Of a stretch of DNA of 40,631 nt, positions 27,224-37,900 are shown one piece after another. The stretch lies in NCBI GenBank assembly GCA_002245135.1, contig NGBS01001172.1, forward strand, positions 124,001 through 164,631, given 5' to 3'. The notes under the pieces were generated by a model. The model was not told the origin of the DNA and did no database searches. It saw only the letters and a program-made list of their open reading frames with translations. The position numbers were made by a program, and so were the translations under genes. The DNA comes from Proteromonas lacertae (taxonomy: Eukaryota). Every line of letters starts with the position of its first letter. The first letter of the stretch is position 1.

Positions 27224-28598
27224 ATTTTAGAAGGTGAAATTGATGGTAATATATTGGATTGATATTGACCTGAGCCTGACATTGATTGACCAACATTACC
27301 ATTACCTCCACCATTTCCCATTATACTAGGTAGTTTAGTCGTTTGACTTGTCTTATATTTGTTCATAGGTGACATATTTTGTGTAACTGATGGTAATTTA
27401 GTGATTATATTGGATATATAGGAAGGTTCAGATGTTCTTTTTTCTCCTAGCATCAATCTTTTTGAGTTTTGTTTTGATATTAATGATGGCTTTGGTTGCA
27501 TTATTGGCTGTGGTTGGCCTGTCGGATTTGAAATATTTCCACTTCCACCTATTGTTGAAGATAACTGTTGTTGTTGTTGTTGTTGTTGAATAGAATGTTC
27601 TTCTTCTGCTGCAGCTTGTTGTCTTCTCAAATCATTCTCATAATAACCTTTCAACCAAGGATGTTGTAAAGCTTGTCGAGCTGTTATTCTATCATCAGGA
27701 TCATAAGCTAACATTTTTTCTATCAAATCAATTGCCTCTAAACTTACATGTGGTAAATACCTTCTTATACCAACTCCCTGTTGAGGAGGAAAATATATAT
27801 TATTATGACTCGCATAAGGTTTGAATTTATCGAGTGTACGTTGAGATGGTGTGCCTAAAATTGCATTTATTCGTTTTATTTGATCCATTTCATTAGAACC
27901 TGGAAATAGTGGATCAAAAGTGAAGATTTCAAATATTACACATCCCATTCCCCATATATCCATTTCTTGATTATAATAACCATCAGTTAATAAACATTCT
28001 GGTGCTCTGTACCATCTGGTGGATATGTATTCAGTATATGGCTGTTTACTGTGAATACTATGACAAGACCCAAAATCTGCTATTTTTACTACATTGTCTT
28101 TTACTAATATATTTTCTGGTTTGATATCTCTGTGAAAAATGCCATTTCGATGCATATGATCTAGGGCTTTTATTGCTTGGTATGACCATAATCGAATTAA
28201 TTCCTCTGGTAAATGGTGACGTTTACCTTTAATACATTCATACAGATTTCTATCCATTAGCTCAAACACTAATGCAAGCTTTCCTGTTGGTTGATCACTA
28301 TATATAAAATAATAACATAAATTGTTTTATACTATAAAACGTCTAATAGTCTAATTATATTGGGATGAGGTGACAATCGTCTTAATGCTTGTATTTCTCT
28401 TAAATTATTAACTTGTTCCACAGATGTGAATGCATTTTTCATGCATTTAATTGCACAATATTTTCCATTACGTATACACTGTAAATTAGAATAGATAATA
28501 TACTTGTGCTTTTATTACCTCTGAAAATGTCCCTTCTCCTTTCTTTTTGATCAGACGATATTCTAAGCAAATATAAAGATTCAAAAGATACTCTGCAT
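26956..28598 (-). CDS. MOK: MOK/RAGE (LF4-like) CMGC kinase with polyQ C-terminal tail, 4 exons
   Basis: KKGEGTFSEV, AIKCMK, VEQVNNLREIQALRRLSPHPNII, HRDIKPEN, ADFGSC, PYTEYISTRWYRAPECLLTDGYY. Confidence 0.9.
27185..27222. repeat. (CAA)n polyglutamine tract in MOK tail
   Basis: TGT/TTG run on + strand encoding Q13; a second tract lies at ~27565-27588. Confidence 0.9.
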
Positions 28599-28670
28599 AT
28601 CAAAAAAATTAAAAAGAAGAAAAAACGTTACAAACAAAGCCGTAACGGGTTTATTTTTTATTTTAAATGG

Positions 28671-28678
28671 AACAAACA
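28671..28678 (-). promoter_or_regulatory. TGTTTGTT putative polyadenylation-associated element
   Basis: AACAAACA on + strand, about 34 nt downstream of the minus-strand stop at 28712. Confidence 0.45.
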
Positions 28679-28711
28679 CAAAATATTAACCATCAGATAA
28701 TTATAATTGAC

Positions 28712-30775
28712 TTATGCATTCATAAGCAATGCTTCTTGGTCAGAGAGTATCTGTTTCTTATGTTTGGATTTAAATTCATAAACAACATAGACGATTATTG
28801 CAATGACAATAATACCACCAAAAACAACAGCTAATATAATAGCTAATGGAAGAGAACTTTTCCTATAAACATACATTAGATAAAAATATACTCACTGTAT
28901 CTGAAATTGCCAATTATATCATAAGTGGTCAAAGCTCTATCATAGAAATTAATGGATTTAAGTGACACATGTTCAATATTAACAGTACATTTAGTATCAT
29001 AGTCAATATCCTTCAATTGAGTCAAAAATTCCCATGTATTAGTACCAGTGATATTTTGACCATCCATAAAAATACCATCAACATAAATATAACTAATCAT
29101 TGCTAAGCCATCAATCACAATAGAAACATCGTGTAAATCACCAGGAGTTAATACTTCCTCTGTTCTTACTACAATTTTAGATGTAGTATTAGCATAAGTA
29201 ACATACATTGCATTTTTCAATATCTCTACTTTAAAACCTCGACAATCAATTAATGGAATTGAAGCTGTAGTGTTTTCTATAGATAATGATAGTTCAATAG
29301 TGGTTGATTCTCTTTTAGAAAGTGATGGTAAATTCATAGAAGGGAATTCTGAATAAGGAGGTAAATATTCTTGAGTTACAGCTACTCTTTCCTATTATTA
29401 ACAAAATATAAATATATTATTAATATACAGATGAATATTTTTGATTAAACAAATTATTAATCAAAGAATTACTAATTTGATGAACTCTAGCAACAGCTTT
29501 ATTACTTTCAGTAATATAATAATTACCATTATGTTCAAATATATCAGGATAAGCAAAAGCTACTCCATAATCACTGTATAATAACAGTTCAGGTTGAGAC
29601 CAAAGGATTGTTCCATCAGATTCTACACCTGCGGTTAACCACAATGGATTTCTACCCATAAATGGTTTAGCAAATGGTGCATTATAGAAAGGTAATAAAT
29701 ATTTACCATTTCCCATATAATATGGAGATAATGGACTATCAGAGTTTACTAATCTTCGAGAACTTTTAACTTCTCTTTTGTTTGGTTTTTTACTGACTTT
29801 GTAGTAATAGGCGAATTGGTTGGAAGTGAATGATTTCCCATTATCAGTACTGGTTGCGACGGATACAAAACCATTGTCTGTTCTCATTAAGAAATACATA
29901 TCGTTGTTATTATAAAACTATTTTTAAAAATTAAAAAAATTAAAATATATATATATATAATATATACCACAATATTTCCTTCTTGTGCACTGATTGTATT
30001 ATTACCAGTACATCCTTCAGGACCTTCAGGTAAAGTATACCAAGTTGCATTTTCAGGATGATCTAACAAATCAGGTGAATATAGCAAAAAGTCTTGTATT
30101 TCTACAGCAGTAGTATTGGGAGGTAAATTAGTACGTTTGGAATATTGTACAAATATGTCTTTGTTATGTTGTACAGCTTTCCCTACACCATATCCTTCTA
30201 ATTCTTCGCCTTTGAATTGATTACGTTTATCTAAGGCTTTTACTTCCATTGGGATTTTGTGACGGTCACTCCATGTTTTACCATCATCATCTGAATATCT
30301 GTAGAACTCACCTCCGATAAATGCAAAATTCTTTAATTCATTCCTTTCTAAATCTTGAGTGATATTGTTGAAGTTGTAGTTGTAAAATACAAATATTCTT
30401 CCTGTTGATGTTAGTAATGCACTTGCTCTTCCAGAAGCTAAACCAACTGGTTCTATATCAATTATTTCACCCCATGTCTTTCCTTGATCTATTAAATAAC
30501 TTACTAAATTACATACCTTTGCTTAGTCTACAAACTGTATGTTGATCTCTCATTGATTCACCAGTGCTAGAAACGTGGAATACCGACAACCAATTTCCAT
30601 TTTTCAATACCAACATACCCACAGTATCCATATAGCTATTCTATATTACAGTATTAGAATACGTAAATTCTTTGTTGTCTACAATAACATTGCCTGTTTT
30701 AATGTCTCTATAATCCACATTTGCTAGACTGAGAGCAAAGAACGAGAAGATCAAAAGATAATGATAAAAAACCAT
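28712..30775 (-). CDS. Type I membrane BNR/Asp-box (sialidase-like beta-propeller) + LamG/ConA-like protein, 6 exons
   Basis: Signal peptide; Asp-boxes SKDQGKTW, SDDDGKTW, STDNGKSF; RNPLWL...WSQPELLLY...AYPD; LamG-like HDVSIVIDG...IYVDG...FYDRALT; TM LAIILAVVFGGIIVIAIIVYVVY; TAA 28712-28714. Confidence 0.8.
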
Positions 30776-30821
30776 TTCTATAACGAATCTATTTTTTGGA
30801 ATGTTTTGTTTTTCAAAATCT

Positions 30822-31637
30822 ATGGATAGTATCCTTATAAAATCATTTTCATTGGTATACTTATTTTATAGATAATGCATATATTCAGCTAAAGCAAAAA
30901 ATTGATCTTGTTGCCTTTGATATGGATTTGACTGTATTAAATATACATACCAGAGGTGCAGTATCAGTAAAGCCATTGAGTGTAGGTGAACACGGATATA
31001 GTATAGATTCTGCAGCAACCCATATTGTTGATACTTTCAAAGAAATAGTACCAAATCTTCTAAATGCTGGGATAAAAGTAGGAATAGCAACAAATTCTGA
31101 TAGCTACATGAAAGGCAATCAGAGAGATGAAAATGGGGATTATAGATTTACTTGTATATAGAATGATTATTATTATTATTACTAATTAGCAGGAGAAGCT
31201 TTAGTTAAAGAAATGTTAAAAAAAGCATTTCCAGGAAACAATGATATTTGCTCAAAAATCTATATCTGTGCATGGATGGGAAGAGAGTCAGGTTATATTG
31301 GAAAGAATAATCACATAGCAAGACTTTGGGAAAAATAATAGGCAAAGAAACAAACCAAGAGATTTTAGACGAAGAATCATTTTTACCTTATCATGATTCA
31401 GGTGAAGATTATTGGTCATATATGAAAGTAGATGCACCAAAAGAAGAGTCATATTATTATAGGTAGAACCATGTTAGTTGATGATGATGAAAATAATCTG
31501 TGTATTAAGTTATATATTTATCTTATTGAATAGTTTTGGCAGGTGAAAAAGGAATTAAAGTATGTCATGTGATGAAAAGAAAAGGCTTGACTAAAAAAGA
31601 TTGGAATGATGGTGTTAATGTTGCGCTTAAATCATAA
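30822..31637 (+). CDS. HAD-superfamily phosphatase (apparent frameshift at 31331-31335)
   Basis: Motif I VAFDMDLT, motif II VGIATNS, motif III GKNNH, motif IV MLVDDDENN, assembled through short introns; TAA 31635-31637. Confidence 0.7.
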
Positions 31638-31689
31638 ATTATTATAATTTAGTCTATTTAATATAAAATAATAACATTCTTTTTAATAT

Positions 31690-33736
31690 TTAGTTTAATA
31701 AATTACCAATAAATCTATTCCATTCTAAAAGACTATCTGCATTATTGAATAAAATCTCTCGATTTGATAACATTTTCTTCTTTTCTTCTTTGTAATATGT
31801 CTCATTGTTTATCAGTTTCATTGCGATTTCTATATATTCTTTTTCATTCTTAGCTATTCTATTATTTATATAAATAACAAATTATTATACAATTCTTCCA
31901 TATCGATTATCTTATAAAATGAACCACCTAATCTACCTCGAATATCTTCTCCATAGTTTGTTACATATAATACACCAGCATTTATACTATCTATCGCTGT
32001 TTGACTTCCATCATATGGGAATGTATGTAACATCAAATCACTTAATGTCATTAAACCTAAAAATCGATTTCTTCCTTCTACTCTATTAATAAAGTGCATT
32101 TTTGTACTTTTAAAAATATTTTTCATATCTTCTTGAAAATATACATTTTCTACATCACTTTCTGGATTCAAGAATAAAAGTGATATTCTATTAGATAGTT
32201 TTGTGATTTGTTTTAATGTTTCTATAAATATTGGAGAGTATTTGGTTATATCTTGATATATTCCCAATACAAATTCATCTTCATTTATGTCATACTCTTT
32301 TCTGTTTGTTTCTATATACTTATACTTTTCTTGATAATGAATTAAACCACGAAATAGAATTGGCTGTTCTGTGTAATGATATAATAGCTTTTCATGATTT
32401 TCAATTATATCACTACTTATGTAATAATCGATATTATCACATCCACTTGTTATTGGATTTATTAAATGCATTATCTATTTAAAAAAATTATCAATTATGC
32501 TATACTTGATAATAAGCACTTCGACCCATTGATAATAAATAACTTCCAATGGAATTATAAATGTCAGAAAATATTAATATATCTAATTCACATCTTGATA
32601 ATATCTTCACACATTCATTAAATTCAATTGGCATTTTATACAATCTAAGAAATATAAACAACATAATTATATAATATACCCTTTCAAATATCTAAATATT
32701 GGATCATTTAATACATAATCCATTACAAACAAATAAATATCATAATCAAGTGAAAGTGATCGAATTAAAGATCGGATGTATTGAGCATGAACATGACCTG
32801 GATGGTAAAAACTAATAATAAATCCAATTCTACTTCTAGTTCTATCTGGTGTATGTGGAAAACCTATTTGAGAAATATGAATAAGATAAAAATACGTTTT
32901 AAAGATGGATCAAGAAATGGTGAAACGAATGTATCAATCTTTAAATACTTCTTTAAAACATCATTTACATTCTTTACATATGGTAATGCAGGGTAATATT
33001 TATAGTTATAATAAAACAATGGATTTGATTCCATTAAAACTGAATAGTTTCTATTTATAAACATGTTTATTTTATACTTAGCAAATTTATGTTCATTCTT
33101 TAAATAAACTGCATTTCTTTGAATTCTATTGAAAGTCTCATCATATAATGCTTTGTTATATGTTAAACGAGGAATGTATAACAACGCACGAATTGTATAT
33201 AAGTCATTATTCTTACATTTTTTCAAAATAAATGAGTAAGATAAAACAGCATATTCATGACAACCATTATTCTCACAAAACCTAATATTGTTTATATAAT
33301 ATAGTGAAAACATAAATATATTTATATATACATTCCTTCTTCAAAAACAAGATCACACATCTCTTTAAGAGATTTATCATCAAAGTCATTGTATTTTTCT
33401 AGATACTTTTCTAATACTTCCTGTTTTGCTTTTATATTTTTTCCAAGAGTTTTTATTATTTGTATTATCAGTTTTACAGATATATTACATCTGTTTAAAT
33501 ACTTTTTGTATAAATCTAAAATGAAATCATTATTGCTATCCTAAATTTTGAATAATAAAGTATATATACTTTTATATGCTCTTTAACTACTCGTATCAAA
33601 GCAACATCATTACAAACTAGACTATCTGGCTTTCTTTTTAAAAATTCTGATGTTCCAACTATTTTAATGTCAAATATGTTTATATACAATGAATTAATAT
33701 TATATATAGTATTAATGTAATGTATAAAAACTTCAT
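31690..33736 (-). CDS. GT41 (SPINDLY/OGT-like) glycosyltransferase with N-terminal hydrophobic signal, 8 exons
   Basis: RIGFIISFYHPGH, LDILIFSDI, GRSAYYQ, PITSGCDNIDYYISSD, QDITKYSP, TFPYDGSQTAIDSINAGVLYVT...RGRLGGSFY, IAKNEKEYIEIA; N-terminus MKFLYITLILYIILIHF. Confidence 0.8.
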
Positions 33737-33821
33737 TAATGAAAAAAAAGCAAATAAAAAATTAGAAAGGCTTGATTTGTCAAGCTATGAAACGGATTTA
33801 TATTTTCATTTTCATATTTTT

Positions 33822-34826
33822 ATGAGTTCTGCAATATCGGTGATACTATCAATAGTTAATAATATTAAAAAGTACAGAGCTAGATCATTTTGTCAGTTTT
33901 TTTATATTTTTCTAATGTTTGTATAAATTTTAGGAATTATATCAAGATTTCATCACTCATTTTGCTTTTTCTATACATTGAGTTGAAAAGTGATATAATA
34001 TACCGTTATTTGACTGATTATTCTAGGTTGAAATTGGAATATATATTGATTATGTGTTTAGACATTATTGCAACACTCATGATATTATTATTTTCACCGT
34101 TTGATCCTATTGTATTTGTTATCTCGTATTTTTCTTTTCTATGTGTAATAGGATAGCTATGGCGCTTATTGAAATAATTCCATCAGCAGCTGCATCAGCA
34201 AACAGTTATGAGATTGAAGAAATAGAAAAAATAGTAGATTTATATTGTAAAAGTAATGCAACTATTACACCAGAAGTATATATATATATATAAATATATA
34301 GTGTGAAGATTTCAATAGAATAATAGGCTGCAAAAATCCACTGAAAGAATATGATGATTATTTCAATGAAAAAAGGAATTATCATATTGTTACTTGTGCT
34401 ATTTATTTTGTTTTGAAAATTTTCCTGCTTTTTGCATCTGTGGTAGCAACTGTTACATTGTTAAAAAGAGAAGATAAAGTAAAACATGAGTGGATTTATT
34501 ACTCTAAATGTTTTTTGCCTATAAATAATAAATCACTAAGAAGATTAAAGAAATTGGAATATATGGAAATAGTAGTTTATATTTTATTAAATATATGTTC
34601 CGTTATTCCAATTGTTGTTGGTAGTATATTATTGAACAAAAGACAGAAAATTGAATATGATTTTATACCCCAGAAATATGTTGTATTTTTAGTAATATAT
34701 TTTATTCCATATGTATGATATATATTTCTTAATTATGTATAATGCAAAAAGGTACTTTTTATGTATTTTTCTCTTAATATTATGAGATTGAAAGGTGAAA
34801 TATCTCCTGCAAAGTTTTGTAAATAA
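33822..34826 (+). CDS. Hypothetical multipass membrane protein, about 5 exons
   Basis: Short GT-AG introns join ORFs 33890-34156 and 34413-34718 into one frame with several hydrophobic segments and a Cys-containing loop; TAA 34824-34826. No family recognised. Confidence 0.55.
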
Positions 34827-34912
34827 TTAATATATTCCATTTAATTTAATATTTCTTTTATAAGAAAAAGAAGAAAAAAACATTACACAACAATATAAAA
34901 AATGTAAATTAT

Positions 34913-37900
34913 TTAAGAAGATGATGAAGTAACATCATTTTCTTCATTTTTTGATATTATAGAGATTTGGCTCATTTTTAAACTTTGAATTGATTTATTC
35001 TGAATAGTTGACATTAATGAAGTAGATCCTGCCAATTTAGTCTTTCGATTATTTTCATCAACTAAATCATCATGTTTAGAAAAGTAATAACGAAGTAATG
35101 TATTGACAAATATATAAACAAACAAAAACACTGGTTCATCAACTGCTAGTATTTGATTTATCACTTCAAACTGTTCTTTATACAAATACATCACAATAAA
35201 TCCATTGAATATCAGATATATCAGTAATGTCAAACAATTGATCAAATGTAAATATATCAGACTTTTATTTGGTAATACATAATATCTTGCTCTCCAAAAT
35301 ATTAGTAAAGAGAATAACAATATTGAAAGTAATATCACCAATCTTAATACATAAAACACATCACCACCATCGCAATGTATTTGAACAGTAATAAATCGTA
35401 AATCATCTGACCATTTCTCTGATACTTGCATATGAATAGAATCAATACTTGATGAATCAAAACCCCAAAGTATTATTTCAGCTAATGGAAATACTAATAT
35501 TAATGGAACAATGATTTTGGTTGGAATACTTGTAGTTAATATTGTACAATTTCGATATAAAAACAAATGGAGCAATTTTGCTATTTCAAAACTACAAAAG
35601 AACTCTAACATATAAATCCAATATATTTTCACTCTATAGCAATCAGAATTATCTTCTAAATCATGATAAGGACGAGTAAAGAAGCTGAAACAGTTTAATG
35701 TGATTATAATATACAATAAAACTACATACACTTTACCTTCTTTCGATAATCTTTCGAAGATTGGGATGTAATATATTGACAATAAAGACAAAACAGAAAT
35801 AAATGTTTCAAAAAACAATAGAATTGGATTAATAATTTCGATTGAATTATTTGATTTATTCATTACTCTTGTTGGACCAACATAACAATCTAATTTCTTT
35901 TCATTTGGAAAACCATAATATGGAACTGGGGGTGTTTTGAATATTGAGTTATAATATAATTTTAAACCATAATTAATAGTATCTGTAGATAATTGTAACA
36001 CCTGTAATTCTCTAGTAAAATAATTAATTCCGTAAGGAGAAGTTAATGTTGATGATAATGTAGTAATGTTAAATTCATTATATAATAATCGATACAATTC
36101 TGGTTCAATATCATCCCAACAATTAAATGATCTTTTACTATTGAACACTGTTTGTAAAAGTGTTAGAATTGAATAACTATATTCCATACTTTCAGTTATA
36201 ACTTCATTGTTACTACTTACATACAATAAGTAATTTTGAAATATTACAGATGTTTTTGAATAGATTGAATGATAATAAGATTTGATTATAAAATGATTTG
36301 TAAAGATTGTATTAAATTCTGGTGGTGTATCATACTCAAAATAACTAATGAATATATATCTATATTTTTCATTTTCATCTGATGATAACTTAGAATATTC
36401 TACTGTCAATTCATTCATTGCATAATTACCACCTAATACTGATACAACGTATGAAAAGTTATTATGTGAATATCTTTTATACATATCAGCAAAACTGAAA
36501 TTTTCATCATAATATTCTACATATGTATTAATAGTTTCTATATCTTTAAACTGTTTATCAAATGCATATTTCATTACAGTATCATTTCTATATATTAATA
36601 ATATCACATGATGTTCATTTGTTTTAGTTATTAAATACTCTACAGTATTCATCAATTGATTTGGTGTTGGAGCTATAGAGATATAATACTTATCACATTG
36701 ATCACATCTTGTTTGAAATATTGGGAAATAATAAGTATCATAATTCTTTATTATTGCACTTAAACTATTAACTTCAAAGAAAGGACTTCCACCTAAAACA
36801 CCTACACAATTTGGTTGACTAATTACTCTCTCAAATTCTTTAACACCAATATTACGATTTTTATCTATTATTGAAATATAAAACACCCATCGATAATTTG
36901 TTATTGAACCAAATATACTTCTGAAATAATCACAAGCAGCAAATAAAGTCATATACATATTGCTACTATATGTCTCAATTTCATAATATGGAATAATTGG
37001 ATATACCAATATGAATAACTTTTCAGGTGGTATTGGAACTATTGGATTTGAAACAGAACAATCACACGAATTTGTTGGAATTGACATTGAAAATGGTGAA
37101 TATTGAGGATCTATAGAATACTCAACTCCCTGTTTTATTACTGTTCCATTAGCAAAGAAATGAGCAATATAAATTGGACGACTAAAATATCCATCGGCTG
37201 ATAATGTATAACCATTTAATGTTCCTTCAAGAAATTGTTCATTTGGGAAGAAATTCTCATTCAGATAACTATCATAATTGAATCGATGTTTTCGCGCAAC
37301 TGTTGATCTCCAAAATGTTAAAGCGTTCAACGTATTTTCCAATAATGGTGGAACATTATAATACTTTAAAACAGGTTCATATATTACATTATGTAATTGC
37401 TCATATAAAACACTATTAATAGAAAATTCTTGATCTGATGAAGAGACTATAAAAGTATCATCAAAAAAAGATGGGCTAAACTCTTCTATCATTGTTTCAG
37501 TTACAAAAAATGAATATAATTTAGATTGTGAAGGAATATATTGTTTCACATTATTGTAATATGCAATACTTAAGAATAATTCTGTTGGAATATCCAATAA
37601 ATTTAATATAAACGCAGGCAGTTTAGATTGAAGAATAACATTGGCATAAACATTATAAATACCACCAAGTTTTGTATCATATAAAGTAATTGAATGATTT
37701 GTTTCAGTTATAAACTTTGAAATCAATGGAACAATTGAAGAAACAACTCTATCTGAATTATACAATATAACTGTATGATATAATCTCATTCCCCAATGAG
37801 TAAATATTATATTAACAAACTGTTCAGGTAATGGATTAAATGATATTGTATTACATATACAATCCAATCTAGAACTCCAACCAGTATAAAATAAAACAGC

